Assembly (NCBI GenBank): GCA_038208905.1
Contig: JBBQYG010000041.1
Coordinates: 1 to 27,976 of the forward strand
Source of the DNA: Candidatus Sumerlaeia bacterium
GTDB lineage: Bacteria; Sumerlaeota; Sumerlaeia; SLMS01
Direction: 5' to 3'
Length of the DNA: 27,976 bases
Every line of letters starts with the position of its first letter. The first letter of the stretch is position 1. This document shows, in pieces, positions 20,433 through 27,976 of this stretch. The notes under the pieces are model-generated. The model saw only the letters and a list, made by a program, of their open reading frames with translations, was not told the origin of the DNA and searched no databases. The translations under genes were made by a program, and so were the position numbers.

Positions 20433-21602
20433 TCACTCGCTCCCGCCCCCCACCTCCCCAATCCCCGCAAACTCCAGAAACGGTTTCCCAATCTGATAGC
20501 CGTGAAAGGAGTACGCGTCCTTCGAGGCGGCGGCCTGCTCCGGCGATTGGCCGGGGCGTGTCATGACGAAGGACGGGGTTCCATTCCTTCCGGTAAAATA
20601 GAGTCGCCGCAGCTCCGCCCCGCGCGCGCGGTGGACGGCTAGTTCGCGGTCCCACGCGCCGGTGCGATAACCCGCGGCGACCTCCTCCGCCACGCGAGCG
20701 GCGGTGGCGGGATCGGGCCAGCCGAGCGCCGCCGGATTGCGGAGTGTTGTGGCGGCGGAGCCGCGAATCAGCGGAAGGTAGATCGCCGGGCTCACACCTG
20801 CCCGCTCCGCCGCCAAGGCGATGATGGTGCGCCGGCGGGTGTCGTCAGACATGGCCGTGGTCGCGCCGAAGACCGGCACCAGCTTCACAATGCCCGGAGC
20901 GAGAGCGCGCTCGTTTAATCCGGGGAGTACGCGCCGCTCGAATCGCTCGCAGACGGAGCACGAGAAATCGGTGATCATCGTGAGTGTATAGACAGAGGGG
21001 GAATGGGGAACTGGGAACGGGGAATGGGTGATGGTTGGAGAAGGAGCGGAGGTAGTGGGCGCAGGCGAATCGGGGAGCTGGGCGGCGGGAAGGCCCTGAA
21101 GGCGGGGCCACGCGAGGGGAATGGCGAGAATGCCCGCGAGGAGCGCGATGGGGATCAACAGCCGGGGGCGGGGGAGAGCAGGGGAGAGGCCCCACACGAC
21201 TGTTCCCGAGACCATAAGAGCCACAGCGGCGCAGGCCTGGCAGAGTGGGCACAGCGGCGCGGCACCGATCCATTGCGATGCCGCAAGGGCAAGCGAGGCA
21301 CCGCCATCAAGAAGCGCCATCGCGACTGCGGCGGTGGCGATGTGCCGACCGCGCCCGGCCAGCAGCGCCAGCGCCACCGTTGACCCCATCGCCCCGATTC
21401 CCCAGAGCGCGAGGTCGATGCCCAGCAGCGTCACCCGGGCGCAATTCCCCGCGCAGAGATCGCCGATCGCGCCACCGCCGCCCCGCGAAGCCGTGATCGC
21501 AACCGCCAGCGCAATATACAAAAACCCGCCCCCCAGGACAATCGCGCGGGCAGGGAGCGATAGGCGCTGGGGGGCAGGGGAATGCTTCGCGCGCGCTGAC
21601 AT
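20433..21602 (-). CDS. Vitamin K epoxide reductase (VKOR)-family membrane protein fused to a periplasmic thioredoxin/DsbA-like domain
   Basis: N-terminal polytopic region with loop cysteines (LCAGNC) and an in-membrane CPLCQAC (CXXC). Pro/Ser/Thr linker. C-terminal thioredoxin-like domain with FSCSVCERF (CXXC). This architecture is common for bacterial VKOR homologs. Confidence 0.75.
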   Translation of the reverse strand: MSARAKHSPAPQRLSLPARAIVLGGGFLYIALAVAITASRGGGGAIGDLCAGNCARVTLLGIDLALWGIGAMGSTVALALLAGRGRHIATAAVAMALLDGGASLALAASQWIGAAPLCPLCQACAAVALMVSGTVVWGLSPALPRPRLLIPIALLAGILAIPLAWPRLQGLPAAQLPDSPAPTTSAPSPTITHSPFPVPHSPSVYTLTMITDFSCSVCERFERRVLPGLNERALAPGIVKLVPVFGATTAMSDDTRRRTIIALAAERAGVSPAIYLPLIRGSAATTLRNPAALGWPDPATAARVAEEVAAGYRTGAWDRELAVHRARGAELRRLYFTGRNGTPSFVMTRPGQSPEQAAASKDAYSFHGYQIGKPFLEFAGIGEVGGGSE

Positions 21603-21647
21603 GCGGCGATTAAGGCGAGGGCTCGCGCGCCGTCAACTCATACGCCG

Positions 21648-22589
21648 CTACTTCGTCGCCGCCGCGGGTGGTTCCAGGATATTCTGGCCGCGGAGGAAGT
21701 CGAAGATCATCTTGCGCGACTTTTCGCGCCACTCGGGCTTGTCGGTGCTGAAGCTGTGGGAGCCGCCCTCGACGTTGACGAACTCGGCGACGTTGCCGGT
21801 GGTCTTCAGCTTCTCGGCCAATGCGATCGACTGGGCCTGGGGCACCGTCGCGTCGGCGTCGCCGTGGAAGATCAGCATCGGTGGCATCTTCGCATCGAGT
21901 TGGTCGATGGGTGAAAGCGCCTTGGCCTCCTTGCCAAAGCGCCTTGGCGTATAGCCCTTCTCCGTGGTGGTGTCGGAGACGGCGCTAAGCAGGATCAGGG
22001 CGGCGGGCTTGATCGTGGGCGATTCGGCGGGATCGGAGCCGGGGGGCGCCGCCGTGATACCCGTCCACAGGGCGACGTGCCCGCCGGCGGAGCTTCCCGC
22101 GACGACGACGCGGGTCGGATCGATGCCGAATTCCTCCGCGTGGTCCTGAACCCACTTCAGCGCGAGGCGGCCATCGGCGACGGACTCGAGCGGGCTGGTG
22201 CCGAAGCGATCATTGGTCCGGTAGTCGGGCGCAAAACCCACCATCCCCTCGCGCGCGGCGTACTTGGCCCAGCCGAAGGACTTCTCCGGCGTGCCGCGCG
22301 ACCAGCCGCCGCCAAAGAAGTGTATATACGCGGGGCGCTTGTCGCCGGCCTTCCAGCCCTTGGGCTTCGCCACATGAATGCGCAGGGGATCCGGCTCCAG
22401 CGCGCGCAGCACAAACGTCTCCGCGCCGTCGATCGTCACGGGGGCGACCTCCTTGGTGCGTGCGGGGGTGGGAGTCTTGGCAGGGGCGGCGGGCGCCTTG
22501 GTGGGCTCCGCAGTCTGGGCAAAGGCGGGCGCGATGGAAAGGGCGAGGAGCGCAAGGGCCCCAAAGGCAATCTTGGCAATGCGGGTCAT
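21648..22589 (-). CDS. Secreted alpha/beta-hydrolase esterase/lipase (HGGG, GXSXG type)
   Basis: Signal peptide MTRIAKIAFGALALLALSIAPAFAQ. Oxyanion-hole HFFGGGW and nucleophile elbow AGSSAGG. GGAG 7 nt upstream of the ATG at 22589. The ORF track's extra upstream 11 codons (GTG at 22622) are not needed. Confidence 0.8.
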   Translation of the reverse strand: MTRIAKIAFGALALLALSIAPAFAQTAEPTKAPAAPAKTPTPARTKEVAPVTIDGAETFVLRALEPDPLRIHVAKPKGWKAGDKRPAYIHFFGGGWSRGTPEKSFGWAKYAAREGMVGFAPDYRTNDRFGTSPLESVADGRLALKWVQDHAEEFGIDPTRVVVAGSSAGGHVALWTGITAAPPGSDPAESPTIKPAALILLSAVSDTTTEKGYTPRRFGKEAKALSPIDQLDAKMPPMLIFHGDADATVPQAQSIALAEKLKTTGNVAEFVNVEGGSHSFSTDKPEWREKSRKMIFDFLRGQNILEPPAAATK

Positions 22590-22619
22590 GAGTTTCTCCA
22601 GTGCGATGGGTTCTGGAAA

Positions 22620-22651
22620 CACTTGTACTAACGCGAGTTAGCAAGTGCAAT
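22620..22651. promoter_or_regulatory. Imperfect 28-bp palindrome (candidate operator) overlapping a candidate promoter TTGTAC-N17-TGCAAT in the divergent esterase / membrane-protein-A intergenic region
   Basis: cacttgtactaac-gcg-agttagcaagtg: 6+5 bp arms with a 2-nt bulge, in a locally AT-richer stretch of the 169-bp divergent gap. Confidence 0.3.
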
Positions 22652-22758
22652 CACAAATAGGACCGTTGATCGCCGTTGCCAATGGCGCGGGCCGGTTTCA
22701 TCGTCCTTCTGGCTGCCACAAGATTGCGCCCAAGGCCCCTGCGCGCATCGCGAGAACA

Positions 22759-23919
22759 ATGAAACGCCCATTTGTCAGAGAGAAACCGGCCCGCTTTCCC
22801 GCGTGGCAGAGGCGCCTGGATCCCACGCTCGCGGCGGAGGATGCCAATCGTCTATACAACATGTTCCGCATCCGCCGCCGAGATGGCCCGTGGAGCGGGC
22901 TGCGCACGATCGTGGAGTCGCTCGGCGTCCTCGTGGGGATTCTTGCCGCAATGATTGCCGTCGCCCTGGTGTATCGGTATGTCACTCCCCTCGTGGCGCT
23001 GATGGTCTTCTTCGTCGGCCTCGCGGCCCCAGCCGCTTGGCTGCTGGCGGGAAACCTGCGGTCGCGAAGAAGCGCGCTCCCGCGGCGCCTGTGGAGTGTG
23101 TTCTCGATCCGCGGCTACGAGCCCGAGGGCGCGGAGCAGATCTGGCTCGCGGGCGCCACCGGACGGGAGATCATCGAGGCGATCTATCTGGAGAAGCGCG
23201 AGGGCGACACCTCGTTCTACGGATTCCTCTCGGTGCTAATCGCCGCGCTCGGGGCGGGATGGCTGGCGTCCCATCCCAAGTGGTGGCCGTCGCTGGGGAT
23301 GCTGATTCCGGCGATGCTGTTTCTGCTCTACCATCTGGCGTTGTTCCTCTATATGTGGCAGGGCCTCATGACGAAGACCCAGAAGCTCGATCGCCTGGTG
23401 TCGATCTGGCGCGGAGAGCGACGGTTTCTCCGCGCGCTGGATCGGCGTTTCTGGGCGCTGGTCGCGATTGTTCCGGGGATCTGGTTCCTGCAATTGAGCT
23501 ACTACATGCTTCTCTGGCTTGTGATGTGCTTCAACCACGGCGGACTCTTGTCGCAGTGGAGCATTGGTTCCGCCGACGACGCCTCGCGGGCACTGGCGGC
23601 GGCGCTATTGATGGCGGTCTGTGCCGTTATCCTCTGGTTCATCCGCCGCGCATTGGGTGAGGCCATCGCCGTCGGGATGGAAGACACGCTCAAGCGCGCG
23701 GATCACGCGTTTGACCGGTTCATGGCGGGATCCGCCCAGCTGGACGTGGATGGCTATCGCTGGGCCGACTGGCGCCACCGCGGCACGGGGGCCACGCGCG
23801 GCAACGCAATGCCGAACGAAGACCTCAGGCTTGGGATTGGCGGCGCGTCGGCGAGGACACTCCCGCCGTCGCGCCGGGGCGCGGGCGAGGCGGGCGACCA
23901 TGCAATCCGGCTTCCCTGA
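22759..23919 (+). CDS. Polytopic membrane protein of unknown family, paralog A
   Basis: ATG at 22759 (MKRPFVREKPARFPAW...). ~6 predicted TM helices. Shares with paralog B the N-terminal NR(L/V)Y(N/T)MFR(I/D)RRR, the cytoplasmic-loop LWLAG..GRE(I/V)(I/L)EAIYLE(K/R) and the C-terminal RAD(H/E)AFD(R/M)F motifs. Confidence 0.7.
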   Translation: MKRPFVREKPARFPAWQRRLDPTLAAEDANRLYNMFRIRRRDGPWSGLRTIVESLGVLVGILAAMIAVALVYRYVTPLVALMVFFVGLAAPAAWLLAGNLRSRRSALPRRLWSVFSIRGYEPEGAEQIWLAGATGREIIEAIYLEKREGDTSFYGFLSVLIAALGAGWLASHPKWWPSLGMLIPAMLFLLYHLALFLYMWQGLMTKTQKLDRLVSIWRGERRFLRALDRRFWALVAIVPGIWFLQLSYYMLLWLVMCFNHGGLLSQWSIGSADDASRALAAALLMAVCAVILWFIRRALGEAIAVGMEDTLKRADHAFDRFMAGSAQLDVDGYRWADWRHRGTGATRGNAMPNEDLRLGIGGASARTLPPSRRGAGEAGDHAIRLP

Positions 23920-25015
23920 TCGCCTGACCACATTCGACTCGGTCCTCGCGCGGGCGGAGGAGAACCGTGTCTATACGATGTTCCGCGACCGGCGGCGGGG
24001 CGGTGGATGGCGCCGCCGCGCCGCCGACCTGATGTCCTCGGGCCCGGCGGCGTATATACGATTAATCCTGACGGTCCTCCTGCTGGGCGCGGGGATTGCC
24101 GCCGCCCTTCTCGTGGCGTGGTGGCTCATCCTTTTGGTGCCCGCGGTCGCGATGGTGGGAATGCGGTTTGGCCATGCGGTGCCCAAGGACGACCGCCGGA
24201 TGCCGCTGCGCGTGGCCGATGTGTTCTCTGCATCGGGCTATCACAGGGGCGCGGCGTTGGACCTGTGGCTGGCGGGAATCCGCGGGCGGGAGGTGCTGGA
24301 GGCTATCTACCTGGAGCGCGCCGCGCGATGGCCGCTGTGGCTGGCGGCTTATGGAATACCGTCGGCATACGTTCTTTTTCGGCCCTCCACAACCTCCGTG
24401 CAGTGGTCGCCCTATCATGCGCTCTTTATGATCGGCGCTTGGTACTTCCTCTGGCAAGGGGCCTACCTGCTCCACGCGATCCTGAGCCTGTTTCGCATCT
24501 GGATCGACCTGGCTGGGCGGAATGCCGTGTGGCGTGGGGAATCGCGCCGGGTTTCGGGGATCGCCATGATGGCAGCGCGCCCCTTGATGCTTGCGTTTGC
24601 ATGCTTCCTGATTCTGCCCTGCGTCGTGGCGCTGCTGCTGCCGTCGCCATCCCAACCGCACACAATGGCCTTCTGCGGAATCCTGCTGGGCATCCTTGGA
24701 TTCGTGATTGGGCAGTATGTGGACGACTTTCAGGATTCGCTCTACCGCGGGACGGAACGCGAGCTTCGCCGCGCCGACGAGGCATTCGACATGTTTGTGT
24801 GCGGCACGATCATGGGAGAGGAATCCGGCCGCGCATGGGCCCGGTGGGTTCACCACCCCGCGCGCACGGCCGCCGACAAGCACAATCCGGTCTGGTTGCC
24901 AACGCCCAGCGACTTCAACTGGCAGATGCGGCAGGACGAGCCGCATGCGGGGGAGACGCCGGTGGGGCTGCCGACCATACGCTATGAGGAAGAAGCGCCC
25001 GGCGGGAACAGGTAG
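23900..25015 (+). CDS. Polytopic membrane protein of unknown family, paralog B
   Basis: ATG at 23900 (MQSGFPDRLTTFDS...) overlapping the end of paralog A by 20 nt. Same topology and motifs as A. The 5' part of the ORF track entry 23621.. is out-of-context Arg-rich sequence. Confidence 0.7.
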   Translation: MQSGFPDRLTTFDSVLARAEENRVYTMFRDRRRGGGWRRRAADLMSSGPAAYIRLILTVLLLGAGIAAALLVAWWLILLVPAVAMVGMRFGHAVPKDDRRMPLRVADVFSASGYHRGAALDLWLAGIRGREVLEAIYLERAARWPLWLAAYGIPSAYVLFRPSTTSVQWSPYHALFMIGAWYFLWQGAYLLHAILSLFRIWIDLAGRNAVWRGESRRVSGIAMMAARPLMLAFACFLILPCVVALLLPSPSQPHTMAFCGILLGILGFVIGQYVDDFQDSLYRGTERELRRADEAFDMFVCGTIMGEESGRAWARWVHHPARTAADKHNPVWLPTPSDFNWQMRQDEPHAGETPVGLPTIRYEEEAPGGNR

Positions 25016-25764
25016 CACGGATACCCGGTGCGCGCGCGTTCCACTTGATCGAGGTCGAGCGAGACTGTGATGAACGGATTCGCCGCGGAGGTTCTCGCGA
25101 GCACACAGCCCTCCGGATCGATCACCCATCCCACCCCGCCACACAGGCCCGTGGCGTCCACGCGATTGGACGAGATCGAGTAGGCCCCCGCGCTGGCCGC
25201 CGCCACAAGGCCGAGCGCGATCCATTTATCCGTGGTCGCCGCCATCGAGGCCCGCGGTGTCACGATCGCGTGGATCCCCGCATGGGCATAGGGGCGAAAC
25301 GTCTCCACCGCCCACAATTCCGAGCACAGGTTCAGCCCCCATCGAAACGCGCCATCCTCCTGCGCGGGGAACGATGCGTCGCCGGGTTGGTACCATTCCG
25401 ACTCCCAGAATGCGGGCTCCGCCGGCAGGAAGAACTTCCGCCGCACACGGCGATAGCCACCCTTTGCGTCCCACCAGAATCCCTCGTTGAAACGCCCCGT
25501 TCCATCGGTGACGGGGCGAGAGCCGATCACCGCCGCCCCGGCCAGCCCCGCAAGGCGCGGCAACCACTCCTCGTGAACGCCCACGGCCTCGTCCCACGCC
25601 GCCTGCTCGAATGCCGCGCCGCGCCAGAACGGCTTGCAGAAGGGCATCTCCGGCAGCACCACGATTTCGCTGCGCGAGGCAACCACGTGATTGCAGAGAA
25701 TCCGCCAGCCGACATCGGCAAAGTCGGGAGCGGCACCGTCAAATTCGCAGACCGTGACGTTCAC
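24982..25764 (-). CDS. Carbon-nitrogen hydrolase (nitrilase superfamily) protein
   Basis: GTG at 25764 overlaps the stop of the upstream ARH-like gene (GTGA). (M)NVTVCEFDG..., then the catalytic-triad contexts VVLPEMPF (Glu), RRKFFLP (Lys) and LNLCSELW (Cys). The rest of the 832-aa ORF (25765-27480) is wrong-frame Arg/Gly-rich sequence. Confidence 0.75.
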   Translation of the reverse strand: MNVTVCEFDGAAPDFADVGWRILCNHVVASRSEIVVLPEMPFCKPFWRGAAFEQAAWDEAVGVHEEWLPRLAGLAGAAVIGSRPVTDGTGRFNEGFWWDAKGGYRRVRRKFFLPAEPAFWESEWYQPGDASFPAQEDGAFRWGLNLCSELWAVETFRPYAHAGIHAIVTPRASMAATTDKWIALGLVAAASAGAYSISSNRVDATGLCGGVGWVIDPEGCVLARTSAANPFITVSLDLDQVERARTGYPCYLFPPGASSS

Positions 25765-27641
25765 TTCGCCACCGCCCACGTACCCATCGCGTCGATCTCC
25801 GACACCGTCACCGTCCGATTCCTGCCGCCCGGCGTCATCGACACGCGAAGGGCGTCGATCATCCGGTGGGGAGAAACAGGGATGCGGATGTCGCGGTAGG
25901 GGAGCGCCACGTCGGCGGGAAGGGTCACCGGAATTTCCGACCAGCGCCCACCGGTCCGCAGCTCCACCTTCAGCGTCGCGGGCCAGCCGCCTTGGCCGTC
26001 CTGCATGTCGCCGAGCAGCACGGCGATTTCCTCCGCCGGGACCGGTAGTGTATAGACGACGTCGAAGACGATGTGTGCCGCCGAGTCTGTCGGGCTCTGG
26101 GCAGCGAAGTAGCGGGCGAGCCGCTCGATGTCGCGTCCCGAGTCGTCGAATTCGGCGCCGTCGCAGACGGACGCAAGATCGGTGCGGACCATCTCGCCGG
26201 GGATCTCCCGCCCGGCGCCGCGCAGGGTAGCCGTTACGTCTCCGCCACGAAGACGGACCTGCACGTTTGCGCTCCGCGGCGCGGTCCTCATGGTAGCATC
26301 GGCATCCTGCCCATGCCCCGCCAGCCCCCGCGGCGGCAGCACCACTGGGATTGTATAGACATTGCGCGCCGTGTCGAACGTGCCTCCCCCCAGCTCCCCG
26401 ATCACGCGCGCCGCGACATCGCGGCTGCGCTCCGCAATTCCAAGGAGCATGTCGTCGGCCAGTGGATCGTCGGGAACCCGGTCGGGGAATCCCACGCGCG
26501 TCCGCGACACGTTGTAGCGATCCGAAAGTTCCACCCCGGGAAAGGCGGCGCTTACGCCATCGTACCCGAGCATGTAGCCCAGCAGCCCCGCCATCGTCGC
26601 GGTTCCGTTGTCGGAATCCCATCCCGCCAGCGTGCCGATCTGAATCGTGCGCGGCAGGTCGCCCTCGCCCCACAACAGCGCAATGAGCGCGGTGCCCATG
26701 TTTACCGAGGACTCGTACCACTCGATGTAGAAGAAGCCGTTGGCATAGGCCTCGTTCTGATAGCGCCGCCAGAGCACATCGCGGGCGTTTTCCCATCGAG
26801 GGCGCGGAACGCGATCGTACTCCGCGAGGACGAATCGGATGATATCGCGTGACTTGGATTCGACGGGTAGATACGCCGCGGACTCCTCCACCATCCATCG
26901 GATGCGCTTCGGCATCGGCGCGGCGGGGTCGGTCAGCGGGGCGAAGGTCCTCAGCAGCAGATGGAACTGCGCTGCATGGGCCGCATGGCCGCGTGCGGTC
27001 ACGGAGATCGGAAGGGCGCTGATGCGTAGCGCCTCCTCGGGAAGCCCCGGCGCCAGCGCGCCGAAAAGCTCCGTGGTTAACTGCGCGTCGATGAACCACG
27101 CGCCCCAGTTGCCGCTCGGTGTCGAGGTCGCGGGCGGCTCCACCCCACGATCCATCAGGAGCTGGGCCATCTTGTTGGAGCCCCACACGTGATCGCGCAC
27201 GTGGTCGCGCCATCCGTCGGCGATCTGGCGCGGCGTCAGGATCGGACCATGCTGCGTCATCAGGTCCAGATAGAGATATTCGATATCCGTGTCGTCGTCG
27301 GCCCCCCATACGTCGTGGAACTGAAACGCCGCGGGAAGGCGGTCCTGCGACGCTGGCTTCCCCCAGTCGGCGTCGGCCAGGAACGGCACATCGGGCAGTC
27401 CGTCGCCATCCAGATCGTGCCCGCCGCGCGCGCCCTCCGTCGTCAGGCCCGTCCAGTTGCCGATGGTCTCCGCCAGCCACAGGCCGTGGAGCCGATCAAG
27501 CAGCTCCTCGCCCGGAATCTCCAGCACCATCGTCCGCGTCGTCGCCGGATCGGCGTCCATGATCGGCGCGGCGTGGATGCCGCACGGTGACGCCGCCATC
27601 ACGGAGAGCGCGACAATGACAGAGGCAATCGGGCGGATCAT
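25761..27641 (-). CDS. Secreted ADP-ribosylglycohydrolase (ARH)-like domain protein with ~200-aa C-terminal extension
   Basis: Start at ATG 27641 gives signal peptide MIRPIASVIVALSVMAASPCGIHA. N-terminal GLWLAETIGNWTG resembles the ARH motif GxxxGxAxGDAxG. GWDSDNGTATMAGLLGYMLG matches the ARH motif GGDTDT.A..AGA..G. The upstream 43 codons of the ORF track entry are unlikely. Confidence 0.65.
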   Translation of the reverse strand: MIRPIASVIVALSVMAASPCGIHAAPIMDADPATTRTMVLEIPGEELLDRLHGLWLAETIGNWTGLTTEGARGGHDLDGDGLPDVPFLADADWGKPASQDRLPAAFQFHDVWGADDDTDIEYLYLDLMTQHGPILTPRQIADGWRDHVRDHVWGSNKMAQLLMDRGVEPPATSTPSGNWGAWFIDAQLTTELFGALAPGLPEEALRISALPISVTARGHAAHAAQFHLLLRTFAPLTDPAAPMPKRIRWMVEESAAYLPVESKSRDIIRFVLAEYDRVPRPRWENARDVLWRRYQNEAYANGFFYIEWYESSVNMGTALIALLWGEGDLPRTIQIGTLAGWDSDNGTATMAGLLGYMLGYDGVSAAFPGVELSDRYNVSRTRVGFPDRVPDDPLADDMLLGIAERSRDVAARVIGELGGGTFDTARNVYTIPVVLPPRGLAGHGQDADATMRTAPRSANVQVRLRGGDVTATLRGAGREIPGEMVRTDLASVCDGAEFDDSGRDIERLARYFAAQSPTDSAAHIVFDVVYTLPVPAEEIAVLLGDMQDGQGGWPATLKVELRTGGRWSEIPVTLPADVALPYRDIRIPVSPHRMIDALRVSMTPGGRNRTVTVSEIDAMGTWAVAK

Positions 27642-27788
27642 TTTGCGGCGGAGCGGCTCCAGTTCCAGTCTGGCCGCATGGTTTGGGCAGCGGCGTGAAT
27701 GCGCAACGGATTCCGTGGCATTCCGGCGGCGGCAGAAAACACTTTCCAACCAACCGCCACTTCGGATCACTCTTTCGCGGAGGCGAGC

Positions 27789-27944
27789 ATGACGATGCTT
27801 GCCAAGTTGGGGAAAGCGTTCCGCATTTTGCTGGTAACCGGAGTGCTGCTGCTGGTGCTCGCTGCCTTTGCCCTGCCCCGCATTCCCGAACGACTGGCGA
27901 TAAGCAGGGAGAACACCGTCCTTCGCCGGATGCAGGTATGGTAG
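27789..27944 (+). CDS. Possible small single-TM membrane protein (51 aa)
   Basis: GGAGG at 27779-27783, then ATG 27789 (or 27795). Hydrophobic helix ILLVTGVLLLVLAAFAL. Codon third positions are AT-richer than neighbouring genes, so this may not be a real gene. Confidence 0.25.
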   Translation: MTMLAKLGKAFRILLVTGVLLLVLAAFALPRIPERLAISRENTVLRRMQVW

Positions 27945-27976
27945 GAAGCCTGGAGAGTGCGCACCGGGAGAAGGGC

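Noticed and set aside
22645-22758. Longer start (ATG 22645) for membrane paralog A
   Set aside because: It would place the start 22 nt from the divergent esterase gene and add a non-conserved 38-aa leader. Alignment with paralog B supports ATG 22759.
25765-27480. Upstream part of the 832-aa minus-strand ORF overlapping the ARH-like gene
   Set aside because: Out of frame with the ARH-like gene, which has a signal peptide and ARH motifs. The translation is Arg/Gly-rich junk until the CN-hydrolase domain begins at GTG 25764.
1-27976. CRISPR arrays, IS elements / transposases, integrases, rRNA / tRNA genes
   Set aside because: No regularly spaced direct repeats, no terminal inverted repeats flanking a transposase-like ORF, no recombinase motifs and no tRNA-like cloverleaf found on manual inspection. 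No defence-system hallmark proteins were recognised either. The window appears to be mostly ordinary chromosome with a few accessory-looking genes.

Overview
High-GC (roughly two-thirds G+C by eye) bacterial chromosomal segment, densely coding, with the many long antisense/overlapping ORFs typical of GC-rich DNA. I support about 22 protein-coding genes. (1) A giant 5'-truncated secreted surface protein built from cohesin-like modules, four tandem BACON-like repeats and one dockerin-like Ca-binding loop, ended by a textbook intrinsic terminator. (2) A co-directional DNA-repair cluster uvrA - polX - nth - HAD hydrolase, with overlapping stop/start junctions. (3) A hypothetical Pro-rich protein with a C-terminal zinc ribbon. 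(4) A minus-strand cluster ftsH - secreted TPR-like protein - PduO-type cobalamin adenosyltransferase - SPFH/band-7 protein. (5) A PepV-like M20 dipeptidase. (6) Three tandem paralogous small lipoproteins. (7) A VKOR-thioredoxin fusion and a secreted alpha/beta-hydrolase esterase. (8) Two tandem paralogous polytopic membrane proteins of unknown family. (9) A translationally coupled pair: a secreted ADP-ribosylglycohydrolase-like protein and a nitrilase-superfamily (CN-hydrolase) protein. I found no rRNA, tRNA, CRISPR array, transposase, integrase or obvious defence-system hallmark. The most unusual sequence-level signal is a short AT-rich palindromic decamer, YGT(A/C)TATACR. It occurs about 13 times in 28 kb, on both strands, in different reading frames and once in non-coding DNA. 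That is far above what base composition predicts, and it looks like a genome-wide DNA-level signal (uptake-sequence-like, Chi-like or protein-binding motif). Other points worth a second look: the lipoprotein triplet, the membrane-protein paralog pair, a 494-bp ORF-free divergent intergenic region, and a 360-bp intergenic cluster of GC-rich inverted repeats.
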